A DNA stretch of 64,000 nucleotides, filler included, from Octopus bimaculoides (GCF_001194135.2; 4 parts of 4 records of this genome joined end to end with filler, not necessarily neighbours in it); one strand, 5' to 3'. Positions 21,495 through 33,907 are shown, counted from the whole stretch's first letter. Notes: a model not told the origin generated them from the sequence alone. Numbers and translations are program-made.

Positions 21495-22369
21495 CTACTC
21501 TTGTTGCAAAACCATTACTTCTTTTATCAATCACCACATGACCATTCTTAATAAACTTAACAAGTGATAGCAAACCTAAATGTAATTTCAAAGATGTTGG
21601 AAGCTGTCCTTTAAATGGTAATTGTCTAATTAAAGGCATTGTATACTGGGTTAAAGTACAGATTGACAACATCCCTATATATCAAATCTTATATCAGTAC
21701 CACATAAAACAACTTCAAAACAAGACTTTACTCACACAGAAATTCCTTCAAATATCCAGAGAAAAGTTGGTAATGAGCCTAGGTAAGCACATATGATAAT
21801 TAAAAGAAGCTGATTCTGCCTCATTCATTTTGGAGAAAGCTAATCTTTACAGGCATGGGTTGTACTGAAATTCTATGAGATGTCAATTGTGCTTGAGTGA
21901 AAAGTATTTTATACTATTTCATGACAAATCTGCAATGAATCACAAAACAGAGATCTTGAATTTCTGCAGACATGCACCTAAGTTTATTTTGTGCTGTCAA
22001 TTGATTCCATATGGATAGCCCATATAAGATTCACCAAACATTATTGATCTTTTAAAAAACTAAATTCTTTTAAATAACTTGGTTTTTGTTGGTACTTTAT
22101 AGTGAGTTTTCCCCACTTCTTTTTCACATCATCAAACTTTGTTATACACAATTTTTTTGCTGCAGTATATTTGATGTGTTTCTTTCCAACCACCACCCTA
22201 ATAATTCTAGACTTATGTCTTGCAAACCTTGTTAAATTCTATTTTCTTATTATCTAACTTTAATTTCATATTATCAATATTTCTTATTTTGTAACCATCT
22301 TTATATCCTGTTACAAGGGCTTTCTATTTTTGAAAATGTTTGTAGTTAGCATTCTTACTTGTTACTTGC

Positions 22370-22820
22370 TTATGACTGTCTGTCATGGGCAATCCAAGGC
22401 ATTAATTCTCTTCCACCTCCAGCACATTGTTTCTCATGGGAGCAGACATGGCTGACAAGACCAATACAAGATAGGCAGACATTGTAACACTGAGGGCACT
22501 GAAAGTGACTCTGATCAACAGCCACAAGGGGTTGATGATATCTCCTCCTCTCTTCACACAGTCTCCTGTGTTTGGTTTCAAAGTGTGCTACTCCAGCATC
22601 ACACATGGTCCTCCAGGCCTTCCGATTAACAGACAGGAGTTCCAACCAATTGGGAGGGATACCGCATAAAATGAGAAACTGCTTGAAATGATCATGAAAA
22701 CAAAGTTTTGGATGTCCAAGAAGCCTACCTCCAGTGTTGATCTTGCTGATGAGGATCATCTTTGGGAGCCAGTTACCTGGCATCTGAATCATATGGCCAA
22801 CCCAACATGTAGGCTATGTG
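22370..22820 (-). mobile_element. RTE-BovB-like LINE 3' fragment with C2H2 finger
   Basis: ORF MPGNWLPKMILISKINTGGRLLGHPKLCFHDHFKQFL..RKAWRTMCDAGVAHFE..FQCPQCYNVCLSCIGLVSHVCSH. Confidence 0.75.
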
Positions 22821-22920
22821 ATTCAGAGTTAGCATGCACAAATTTTCATACATACATGTATGAGCATGTAGACATATGGATATGTGCCTACACATGTATG
22901 CTTGTATGAGCCTACATTTA

Positions 22921-23537
22921 TCATCATCATTGTTTAATGTCCGCTTTCCATGCTAGCATGGGTTGGACGATTTGACTGAGGACTGGTGAACCAGATGGCT
23001 ACACCAGGCTCCAATCTGATTTGGCAGAGTTTCTACAGCTGGATGCCCTTCCTAACGCCAACCACTCTGAGAGTGTAGTGGGTGCTTTTACGTGCCACTG
23101 GCACAATGGCCGGTCATGCAGTACTGGCAACGGCCATGCTCAAAATGGTGTATTTTACATGCCACCTGCACAGGAGCCAGTCCACCGGCACTGGCAACAA
23201 TCTCGCTCAAATGTCTTTACATGTGCCACCAGCACAAGTGCCAGGAAGGCGACGCTGGGCACAGGTGCCATAACGATTTCACTTTCGCTTGCCCCAACAG
23301 GTCTTCACAAGCCGAGTTATGTGTCCAATGAAGGAGACGACGTTGACATGGGTGCCAGTCGTTGAATTTAGTTCGATTTCGATTTCACTTGCCTCAACAG
23401 GTCTTTGCAAGCCAAGTTTAGTGTCCAATGAAGGAAAGGTATGCATAAGTGGGCTGGCTACACCCCTGGCAGAGGCCTTGGATTTAGGTCTCATTTGGCT
23501 TGCCGGGTCTTCTCATGCACAGCATATTTCCAAAGGT
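22921..23537 (-). mobile_element. 3' end (ORF tail + 3'UTR + (GAT)n) of the same RTE family as 45040-48805
   Basis: Reverse complement aligns to 48050-48805, including the duplicated ~100-bp unit. Truncated by a gap. Confidence 0.85.
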
Positions 23538-23601
23538 CTCAGTCAGAAGTCATCGCCNNNNNNNNNNNNNNNNNNNNNNNNNNNNNNNNNNNNNNNNNNN
23601 N

Positions 23602-23613
23602 TTAATTAATTAA
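23602..23613. other. Scaffolding linker TTAATTAATTAA inside a 100-bp gap (assembly artefact); also at 42714-42725 and 62758-62769
   Basis: The same 12-mer is flanked by 44 N on each side at all three sites and places stops in all six frames. Confidence 0.9.
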
Positions 23614-23657
23614 NNNNNNNNNNNNNNNNNNNNNNNNNNNNNNNNNNNNNNNNNNNN

Positions 23658-23695
<38 letters not shown>

Positions 23696-23744
23696 GTGTG
23701 TATACACATATATATACATATATATATATATATTAGTGGGTCCG

Positions 23745-23825
23745 GTGCCACAGTAGGTCAGTTGGCTGGAACCGGAAACCACGTAGTTCTAAAGCGAGTT
23801 GTTAACCACACAACCACATATTCTG
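23745..23825 (-). mobile_element. Diverged SINE family A head
   Basis: Minus strand GTGGTTGTGTGGTTAACAACTCGC..CTACGTGGTTTCCGGTTCCAG..GTGGCACC parallels the family A head. Confidence 0.5.
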
Positions 23826-23859
23826 CGAGACGAAAACAAGAATGTAAATACCCCAATGC

Positions 23860-24088
23860 TCTGTCGTCATCACCACTACCAACATCATTATCATCATCAG
23901 CAGCAGCAGCAGCATCATCACCTTCATCATCGCCATCAGTATCCGCATTATCGTCCTCAACATCATCATCATCCTCATTATTATCGTCCTCGTGATCATC
24001 ATCATCATCATCACCATCATCATGACTGTCAGTATCACCATTATTGACATAATCATCATCATCCTTCTCATCATCATCATCCTCATCA

Positions 24089-24120
<32 letters not shown>

Positions 24121-24576
24121 CTCCTCCTCCTCCTTCTCCTCCTCCTTCTCATCCCCCTCCTCCTCCTCCTCATCATCATCATCATCATCACCACCACCAT
24201 CAGCATAGTCATCATCATTACTCACATATTCAATATCCTCAGCGTCGAATCAGTACCATTATCGCAACCACCGCTCCTACCAGCATCACCAGAAAACCAT
24301 CACTGCGACCAGCATCAACATATTCCTGTTCAGTTCATAATATTCTTCAAGACAAACCGCTGCAATTTTTCATCTCGATCGTCGTCATCGTCACACAATT
24401 ATCATTGCCACAATCAATATCGACGCGAAATATACCCGTGGCTACCAGCTCCACTACTATCACAATTACTGAGACCATCATCATCATCATCGTCATCATC
24501 ATCCTCGTTATCCTCAACCATTATCATCATCACCATCATCATCATCATTACTATCATCATCATCATCATCATTACT

Positions 24577-24614
<38 letters not shown>

Positions 24615-24645
24615 TATCATCACCATCATTATTATCATCATCATT

Positions 24646-24680
<35 letters not shown>

Positions 24681-24790
24681 TATTATCATCAACATTATCA
24701 CAACCATCATCATCGTCACCGTCATTGTCGTTGCCGTCGTCGTAGACATCGACGTCGGCGGCGGCGTCATCGTCATTATCAACGTCATCA
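23860..24790. repeat. Compound trinucleotide array (CAT/CGT/CCT/CAG)n, followed by (CT)n and (TCTA)n to ~24925
   Basis: Direct reading. It produces the poly-H/I/D/M pseudo-ORFs in the track. Confidence 0.95.
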
Positions 24791-24850
24791 GTTATATGAA
24801 TGTACTGAACAAGAGCCACTCCCCTACTGTCTCTCTCTCTCTCTCACTCT

Positions 24851-24916
<66 letters not shown>

Positions 24917-26139
24917 GTCTGTCTGTCTCGCACACCAGCTCATCATCACCACCGAGCACCACTCGCCCACCGCCAGACTCAGCCTCATTTCACACCAAGC
25001 CAATTTGGTGTCATGAACACGCCACGAGATGATGGCTGAGCGACTGGCGTCCTCCAGCGTACGTCGGTGTTCCCTCCTCATCCATCTAACGGTTGGATAT
25101 ACGGTCAGAATTACTTGTGACATCTATCCATCTCTATGACGAGCTAAGCCATGTAAAATAGACATTGTAAATGTGTTAGCTCAAACTGCAACTACATCCT
25201 ATCGTTGTATAGTTGTTCAGTATTTATTCTATAGCGACACCGTTTAATTGATATATTTATCTAATAATTTAGATGTCTGCCTATCTGTCTTGTTGTCTAT
25301 GTATGTATACGTTTGTCTGTTTGAATTTATGGTGTCTGTCTTATATGTATGTTCTATATATTTGTCCATCTGTCTGTATATTTAACACCCCATCTATCGA
25401 TCTACCTGTCTCTTTCTCCCTCTCTCTATCTCTGTCTACGTATCTATCTGAATATATATGAATGTGTGTGTGTGCGTGTGTGTGTGTGTGCGTGTGTACG
25501 GCCGCATGCACACACACACACACACACACAAACATACACGCACACATACGCACTCACACAAACATATGCGCATACACACGCACATATATATATATATNNN
25601 NNNNNNNNNNNNNNNNNNNNNNNNNNNNNNNNNNNNNNNNNNNNNNNNNNNNNNNNNNNNNNNNNNNNNNNNNNNNNNNNNNNNNNNNNNNNNNNNNNNN
25701 NNNNNNNNNNNNNNNNNNNNNNNNNNNNNNNNNNNNNNNNNNNNNNNNNNNNNNNNNNNNNNNNNNNNNNNNNNNNNNNNNNNNNNNNNNNNNNNNNNNN
25801 NNNNNNNNNNNNNNNNNNNNNNNNNNNNNNNNNNNNNNNNNNNNNNNNNNNNNNNNNNNNNNNNNNNNNNNNNNNNNNNNNNNNNNNNNNNNNNNNNNNN
25901 NNNNNNNNNNNNNNNNNNNNNNNNNNNNNNNNNNNNNNNNNNNNNNNNNNNNNNNNNNNNNNNNNNNNNNNNNNNNNNNNNNNNNNNNNNNNNNNNNNNN
26001 NNNNNNNNNNNNNNNNNNNNNNNNNNNNNNNNNNNNNNNNNNNNNNNNNNNNNNNNNNNNNNNNNNNNNNNNNNNNNNNNNNNNNNNNNNNNNNNNNNNN
26101 NNNNNNNNNNNNNNNNNNNNNNNNNNNNNNNNNNNNNNT

Positions 26140-26446
26140 CAACGATTAGCCTGAGATGATTTTTAAAATGAGAATATCCGAAATTAACTCGACTGCTCTC
26201 ACAATCGAGAGTACAAAAATGAGCCCGACCGCTCTCAAAAATTAAGTGAAAAAAACGGAAAATAATCCAGAATCCTTGTCCAGTACCGGATCGATCCTGA
26301 AATCTAAGGAGTTCGTGCCAGTCACAAGGCCAAACATCCCTGAAAGTTTCATTTAAATCCATCCAGCGGTTCTTGAGATATATTGTCCACGGACAAACAA
26401 ACAAACACGACTGAAAACAATATCTCCGCCTTCGCTAAGGTGGAGC
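26140..26446 (-). mobile_element. Helentron-associated non-autonomous element (HINE/DINE-1-like)
   Basis: Terminal hairpin CTCCGCC-TTCGCTAA-GGTGGAG (26424-26445). The minus strand continues with GTTTGTTTGTTTGTCCG and AACCGCTGGATGGATTTAAATGAAACTTTCAGG, the usual HINE layout. Confidence 0.55.
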
Positions 26447-27042
26447 CTAGGCATAACACCTACATGAACTTCTAACTTGTTGTCTCTTGAGGTCTCTGGG
26501 TGAGACTTGGATCCAACTTGTACAAATGCAAAACAAAAGTCAAACCTAAAATAATAATAATAATATCTTAACTGATTGGAAGTTTTATTACGTACATGTT
26601 TTGTCTTGGTATAAAAGATGGGATACAACAAGTATTCTCCTCAATACTACAAATTTGCTTGTCAGTTGTTTCACCTGAATCAATTGAGCATGTCCCTTAG
26701 TGGCTAACAATATGTGCATCTCTAATCACGAGCAGAAGTCACGGGGGAGCATCATAGCCATGTTTTGAGAGGAATTCTTTGTGGTTTGAATAAGGATGTT
26801 TCGTTCAACATCCTTAAACAACTCTTATTCAGGAACTTTTTAAGCGGGATGAGCTATTCCACCTGAAGAAAATTTTGAATGGGCCCCACTTGCAATGTCA
26901 TTCGCTGATTATCTTGAAATGAGATCACTATGTCGCGCACATATGGTTGTGATGCATGTGCCTTATCAGACGGGAAGTCATGATGAGTATATTGGACTTG
27001 GTATATTTGTACCCCAGTGTCACTTTTATGGCACGCACTCCT

Positions 27043-27095
<53 letters not shown>

Positions 27096-27120
27096 AATGA
27101 TAATGACAATAATAATAATG
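26446..27120 (+). repeat. Probable retroposon 3'-end fragments with (AAT)n tails
   Basis: Segments end in AATAATAATAAT at ~26550-26565 and ~27093-27120. Non-coding; family not assignable from this window. Confidence 0.3.
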
Positions 27121-27284
27121 ATTTCGAATTTTGGCACAAGTCCAGCAATTTGGCGGGAGAGAGTAAGCTGATCACATCGACCCCAGTGCTTAACTGTTAC
27201 TTATTTTATCGATCCCGAAAGGATGAAAGGCGAAGTCGACCTCGGCAGAATTTGAATGTAAAAGATAGACGAAATGCCACTCAG
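27120..27284 (-). mobile_element. SINE family B (truncated by gap)
   Basis: ATCGACCCCAGTGC..GATCCCGAAAGGATGAAAGGCGAAGTCGACCTCGGCAGAATTTGAA. Confidence 0.8.
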
Positions 27285-28893
27285 NNNNNNNNNNNNNNNN
27301 NNNNNNNNNNNNNNNNNNNNNNNNNNNNNNNNNNNNNNNNNNNNNNNNNNNNNNNNNNNNNNNNNNNNNNNNNNNNNNNNNNNNNNNNNNNNNNNNNNNN
27401 NNNNNNNNNNNNNNNNNNNNNNNNNNNNNNNNNNNNNNNNNNNNNNNNNNNNNNNNNNNNNNNNNNNNNNNNNNNNNNNNNNNNNNNNNNNNNNNNNNNN
27501 NNNNNNNNNNNNNNNNNNNNNNNNNNNNNNNNNNNNNNNNNNNNNNNNNNNNNNNNNNNNNNNNNNNNNNNNNNNNNNNNNNNNNNNNNNNNNNNNNNNN
27601 NNNNNNNNNNNNNNNNNNNNNNNNNNNNNNNNNNNNNNNNNNNNNNNNNNNNNNNNNNNNNNNNNNNNNNNNNNNNNNNNNNNNNNNNNNNNNNNNNNNN
27701 NNNNNNNNNNNNNNNNNNNNNNNNNNNNNNNNNNNNNNNNNNNNNNNNNNNNNNNNNNNNNNNNNNNNNNNNNNNNNNNNNNNNNNNNNNNNNNNNNNNN
27801 NNNNNNNNNNNNNNNNNNNNNNNNNNNNNNNNNNNNNNNNNNNNNNNNNNNNNNNNNNNNNNATATATATATATATATAAAAGGTACGAGAGATGACAGT
27901 CTCTATATAATAAATTTAACTGCAATATTGAACCTTCATCAGTAAATGTTTGTTGCTATTTATCACTTAACCACTACACATTATACATACGTTTGGATGA
28001 GTGAGTGAGTGTATGCGTGTGCGGTGTGCATGTGTGTGTGTGTGTGTGCGCGCGCGCGCGTGGTGTTTAATGAATCCATATATGTGTATCTTGGTGTTAT
28101 TTTAGTAGTATTTTACTCTAGTTACTATCATAACGACTTGATGGGGTTTTTTCTTTCTTCTTTTGAGTGTATGCGTACATCATCGTTTTATTGTAGCGCA
28201 TGGTCAGATGCCCAGATAAAGACATTGATGTATGTCTAACGTAACGTATATTACTCTTGGGGCAATAAACTTTATAATGTCGTGTAACCGCTCTTCGAAA
28301 CTTAATATCGATAAAGTATTTTTCTTTAAATGTGTGTAATAAATTATATCGATTATAAAATGTTTAGTTTCTATATACATAAAGTTATGTCATTTACTGC
28401 TGTTAAGTATCCTTTGAGCTGCTGGAGAATATCAATTGATTTGAATGCAGAAGTAATTTTTATGTGTTTTCAGATTTTGTTAATATTTATTTTATTCGTA
28501 TTTTCTAATTAATTGTGTTTGTCATATATTTTCATATAGCCATCAATCAGCCTTGAACAGTTTCTTTCGTTAATGATGATATACTTAAAGCTATTATTTC
28601 TCTGTTGAATAGTTGTTTTATATACTTATAATTGTGTGAGTTATTTTCATGGTTTAACAACTTAGGTTTTGTGGGGACAGTTATAATGGCCAAATTGTTA
28701 ATTATAACAGAAACTTAATCCTATGGGATACAGCCGATAGCTGGTGTAGAATACCTAAAGAGCGAAAACGGAGTCATAAACCATAATGATAATCATTAAA
28801 AATAGATCGGTGGCGGTGGGATGTATAAACTGACGAGAGGACAAAAATAAGAGAGAAATATTGTTACTTGAAGTTTATATATATATATCTATA

Positions 28894-28938
<45 letters not shown>

Positions 28939-29262
28939 CAAAAAAACTCCCTGTAATTTCGACATGAACATCAAAACCTATTTAGATTAACCAATAAATG
29001 TAATCCTATTTATAATTGTTGATTAAACCTAGTCTATTTGCTGATGTTGAAGAATCCCTGTTCATAGATCCATTTAGATTAGAAATAATAACTGCCACTT
29101 TAAAAGCCCTTAAATAAATGAAAGGCATTTTGGATTGCGGGGAAATGAATACGAGTATTTTCTAAATCTGTTTTAAACGGAATCTGGATATTATTACTGG
29201 ATTTTCTTTCTTCCGCTATTTATAATTGATTCCCTTCTATCAATAGAACATATTGACCATAC

Positions 29263-29378
29263 CAGTCGTTTTTAAGCCTTATACTGAAACCTGTGTTTTT
29301 CCATCCGACATTATCAGCTTTTATAACTGCAATCATCACAAGTGGAAGCCACAGGAAACACAGTAGGTCTGCCATCAT
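29263..29378 (-). CDS. Candidate first coding exon of an unidentified secreted/membrane protein (signal peptide)
   Basis: Acceptor TTTCACAG| at 29404/29403, short UTR, ATG at 29378, MMADLLCFLWLPLVMIAVIKA-DNVGWKNTGFSIRLKND, then a phase-2 donor TG|GTATGG at 29263/29262. Hydrophobic stretch with an A-x-x-A/V-I-K-A type cleavage site. Confidence 0.4.
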
Positions 29379-29812
29379 AGTTCTCTGATAACGTCGTCGA
29401 CGTCTGTGAAATCTCAAATTAACATTGACCGATGAGCTATCCGGGTTATATGCAATTAATACTAACTAATCTTTCTCAATTGACTCACTGTCAGCCAGCC
29501 GCAATGGCATCAAGTAATAAATCAATCATAGTACGTTGGTAATGAATAACTTTCTAGACATCCCACTGCTATTCTTACCACCCCCATTTCAGCTTCCACC
29601 CATCTTCTCACACTCTGGCAAATTGCTGTTATCGTGGTCGCTCCAAATGTTGATGCCTACATCATCACTCGCAGTCTCCGTTGATGGCCCATTGGTAAAA
29701 GCATCAGTTATATAGTGGATTGATATTCTTGTAATAACAACAGCAGGGATGAAATGAAATTCGGGTGTTTGTATCACATCATAAGATATTTTGCAAATAT
29801 AATCATAAGTGC

Positions 29813-29884
<72 letters not shown>

Positions 29885-30037
29885 ATATGTATGTGTGTCT
29901 ATTGGAAGATACTGTGAAGATATAATCATATTTTATATGTATCTATAGAAGGTATATTAAAGATATACCCATGCGTTATATATATCTACAGAAGGTATAT
30001 TGATGATGTTATATATATATATATATATACAGATACA

Positions 30038-30208
30038 TGAGGAGGTGCTGAAAAGTTCTTGGCTTTAAGGGTGTCGCGAAAGGCCTGATTGGAGGCCCAA
30101 CTTTCGTACTTCTTTAACAGGGCTTATAAAAACTGAAGGACCGCTGCAATAAGTGTGAATGTGAGAGGGGAATATGCTGAGTAAAATCATATTTTCAGCA
30201 TCCCTTCG
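30038..30208 (+). mobile_element. Mariner-derived MITE
   Basis: TIRs TGAGGAGGTGCTGAAAA / TTTTCAGCATCCCTTCG followed by TA. Internal GACCGCTGCAATAAGTGTG..GAGAGGGGAATATGCTGA resembles the end of a mariner transposase (RW.KC...GEYVE). Confidence 0.65.
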
Positions 30209-30343
30209 TATAAGCATGCATTTCCATGCATATTGCTGACTCTTAAACTTTGGCCTTAGAGAAGAACCGTGTCGTTATTCTCTGCATTGAGCTTAGTGGC
30301 TGGCCATTCTCCGCGGCAATGCCATCGCAGTCATCACTGCAGG

Positions 30344-30456
30344 GCGCGGTTGAGCGCGGCTGAGCGCGGTTGAGCGCGGCTGAGCGCGGTTGAGCGCGGC
30401 TGAGCGCGGTTGAGCGCGGCTGAGCGCGGTTGAGCGCGGCTGAGCGCGGCTGAGCG
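30344..30456. repeat. GC-rich minisatellite (GCGCGGYTGA)x11
   Basis: Eleven exact 10-bp units, T/C alternating in a 20-bp higher-order pattern until the last unit. Confidence 0.95.
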
Positions 30457-31969
30457 AACCACTTGCTCTGGGATATGTAACCCATCGCCCCCTCCACTCC
30501 ATCCACCGTTTCTTACTTCCAGCCTTGTTTTTCCTTTCTTATCTTTAATCTTTTCTGTTTCTTTGTATTAGAATGTTCTAAAATAAAATTGATTCGCCGT
30601 AAAAAGAAGCAACAGAAAAAACAAAAAAGAATATAAGCATATGTGTTATATCTTTTGTCACAACAGCGGGGGAAAAAAACCCAGTGTCTTCGTTGGTTTC
30701 AAGCGTTTCCAATTGATCAGAACAGACTTGCACTTTTCTCTTATACAAATCGGTGACTAAAGCTGAGGTACCCACTTTGTGTCCACTTTCTTAAGCTCAA
30801 AATTTTCCACCATCTCTGCATTATGAACGCTGTTCAGTTAGGCTACGAACTTACAGATTGTGACTTGTCTGCCGGGGAGAATCAATTCGTCAACTCACTG
30901 AAAACACACACACACACACAGTGGTGGCTGTCAACTCGTTAAATATGTATATGATGGCATTACATGTGATAACGACAGTCATTCTTCAATCCTGCGAACG
31001 ACTTACTGAACTCGTTGCAGGCTCGATTTGTATACAAATTCTTCTGACCTCTTGCTTGTTCCAGATCCTTTTCATGATTTTCTCAATGCACCCTCATGTG
31101 CCTAGCTAAACCTGAGTGATTTACACACGGTAGAGGTTGTCTCCATCAGGAAATTCGCTGTAACTTGTAACAGATCGTTCTACATGGCTTCAGTGGAGGC
31201 TCACCAAGCCTACGCGGGGTACATATATGCGGCTACAGTCTTTACATACATGCATACATACATACATACATACATACATGGAAATCATCTACCCTCTGGA
31301 CACGAATGTCGTTAGAAAAATGCAAGAGAAAGAGGACATCTATGGACCATTGATAAGGAGTTTGCAAATCCAGTTGCCAAAATATACTTTCAGTTTCATG
31401 CCTATTATTATTAGAGCAACAGAATACATAGCAACCTATCTAGTATAAAGTATGGGTGAACTTGGGATTTTGGGGAGAGAATGCAAATACATGATTCATG
31501 TGCTACTAATAACCACGATATCTAGGACTGAAAAAATCTGAAAGTCCTTCTTAAGATTTAAAGGATGAACGGTTAAAAGAATATACTTTCCTTCACAATC
31601 TTGCTACAAATCGGTGGCCGCTCAAAAATTACTTTGAAATTAAAAAGAAAATAACATACGTACAGACTGCGTATAAATGGTAGGTATGTATTATTATAAT
31701 GTTTTTTAGTGGTTTCCAGCCTTCTGACTGTAGTCACATTCAAGTATTGTCGTCAAGGTTTTAGCTAATTGTATATAGTGAACGGAGAAGGATGAAATTC
31801 GAAAATCAACTAAGATTGAGGGAATTAAAAACGTAGATGGTCAGAAATACCAGCAGATATTTTTTTTATTCAACATTTATTTTAAATCTCACCTCAATGA
31901 ACATACATTTTCACGTGCACACACACACACTCGCATATGTATATATATATATGTGTGTGTGTGTGCGCG

Positions 31970-32001
<32 letters not shown>

Positions 32002-32012
32002 TGTGTGTGTGT

Positions 32013-32225
32013 TATTTCTTTACTACCCACAAGGGGCTACACACAGAGGGGACAAACAAGGACAGACAAACGGATTAAGTCGATAATACCGACCCCAGTG
32101 CGTAACTGCTACTTATTTAATCGACCCCGAAAGGATGAAAGGCAAAGTCGACCTCGGCGAAATTTGAACTCAGAACGTAGCGGCAGATGAAATACCGTTA
32201 AGCATTTCGCCCGGCGTGCTAACGT
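32013..32225 (-). mobile_element. SINE family B
   Basis: Aligns with 4990-5220 over its length. Confidence 0.85.
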
Positions 32226-32237
32226 GTGTGTGCGAGC

Positions 32238-32310
32238 GGTTACGTGGTGTAGTGGTTATAATATTTGTTTTACACGCAGACGGCCGTGAGTTCGATCCTC
32301 GCCGGAACCT
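32238..32310 (+). tRNA. tRNA-Val(TAC)-like sequence, probably a pseudogene or SINE head
   Basis: 73-nt cloverleaf: acceptor GGTTACG/CGGAACC (one mismatch), anticodon TAC at 32271-73, T-arm GTGAG-TTCGATC-CTCGC. D-stem is damaged. TTTT at 32317-20. Confidence 0.7.
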
Positions 32311-32759
32311 TCGGAATTTTAAAGATTCTTAACTGTTTTTAATAAGGCAGTGTTCCAGCAAGGCTGCCGTCAAATGACTGAAACAAGTAAAAGAGTAAAA
32401 TCAAATTCTGTCCACAAGGTTTGGATATTCATACTATTAGAAAAGACATGATCGTTCGAGTAGAACGTTTTTTATGTCTCCTTCAGATATGTTCATGTTC
32501 TTACATAGAATAATAGTAAGTTTCAATTCTTACTTCCTTCCGTGTTAGCAGAATCGTTCGAGCGACTGAAACAATGCTTTGCACTATATAATCCGGCGTT
32601 TTATGCCCTTAGTTCAAATCCTACTGATGTCATCTTTTTGTCTTTCATCCTTTCGAGTCCATAAAATAGGAATATGGTAGAAGACACTTGCGTGTCGTGC
32701 AGTGAGTTCGTATCTCGAACCAAGTGGTGCAGTGAGATATTCTTAAACTTACGACTGTA

Positions 32760-33125
32760 CTATATTCTTTTGCTTGTGCTGGGGTATTCGTGCTTGCTTT
32801 TGCTTACACTGGGGCACTGCCTTGAAGTATTTTAGTTGAACACATCGACCCCAGGACTTATTTTTTAAAAGCCTAGTACTTATTCTATCGAACACTTTTT
32901 CCGGACCGCTATGTTACGGGGACGTAAACCAAGCAGACAAACACAGACGCAAAGACACACACATAGATATAAACACACATGGCATGCTTCTTTCAGTTTC
33001 ACTCACATGGTTTTAGTCGGGCCGAGGCTATACGAGAAGATACTTGCCCACTGTATCACGCAATGGGACTGAACCAGCGACCATGTGGTTGAGAAGCAAA
33101 CTTCTTACCACACAGCTACGTCTGA
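32760..33125 (-). mobile_element. SINE family A, diverged full-length copy
   Basis: Head CACACAGC/TTCTTACC at ~33100-33120, body matching 26-185, tail matching 13480-13620. Confidence 0.7.
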
Positions 33126-33487
33126 ACCTATCATATATAAAACATTTATTGTTGGTTAACTGATCTTTGAATGACGAGTACATGTTTATCCTGAAATTAT
33201 GTCGCTTGATTCGCCTCCAATCTGTTATTTAAATTCTCACACTTGCACACATACACCATAAACACACACTCAGACATGCGTACGTGCACGCAATTACACT
33301 CACACTCACACACAAACATATGCACACACATATATATCTACATGTGTACATGCTTATACACACAAGTATGTATATATACACTCACACACACTAAGCACAC
33401 AGTGTGTGCATGTATGTGTGTGTGTGTGTGTATGGATAGAGACAGATAAATAGATAGAACAGAAGCACACTGTGTGAGTGTATAAGG

Positions 33488-33522
<35 letters not shown>

Positions 33523-33868
33523 CGTGTGTAGTTATGTATTTATTTCTGTCTGTCTGTATATATGTATGTATTTATGTTTGTATGTTTGTGTGCGTCGGGG
33601 TGACATTCAACATATGAAATTTAAATATAACATATTCTAGTTTCATCCGAAACAGAAGATCACAAAAGCGCTTAATAACTGGATAATGATAAATTAAGAC
33701 GTAGGAAGCTGGGAGCAACGCCGAAAGTCTGATAAATTTATATAGATAGGATTTAAATAACATCGTAAATACTTATAAGTGCGTAAACGTACGGATACTC
33801 AAACATTCAAGCATACATATATATACATTCATTCATATAAATGTATGAAAGAGTGTATGTATATTTAG

Positions 33869-33907
<39 letters not shown>

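Noticed and set aside
23602-23613. TTAATTAATTAA palindrome recurring three times
   Set aside because: Always centred in a 100-bp N gap; scaffolding linker, not biology.
23790-23845. Strong-looking minus-strand splice acceptor (TTGTTTTCGTCTCGCAG)
   Set aside because: The downstream sequence is a SINE head and all frames stop within ~20 codons.
23758-25032. His-, Asp-, Ile- and Met-rich ORFs up to 346 aa
   Set aside because: Translations of a (CAT)n-type array open in several frames on both strands; no splice or domain support.
24911-25123. GC-richer segment as the next exon of the 29378 gene
   Set aside because: The required phase creates a TGA at the junction and no frame gives a recognisable protein.
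29263-29378. Assigning the signal-peptide exon to a CLCA-like gene
   Set aside because: Resemblance of SIRLKND to CLCA N-termini is too slight; no symbol given.
30344-30456. CRISPR-like or coding repeat
   Set aside because: No spacers, eukaryotic context, and the repeat contains TGA stops on the plus strand.
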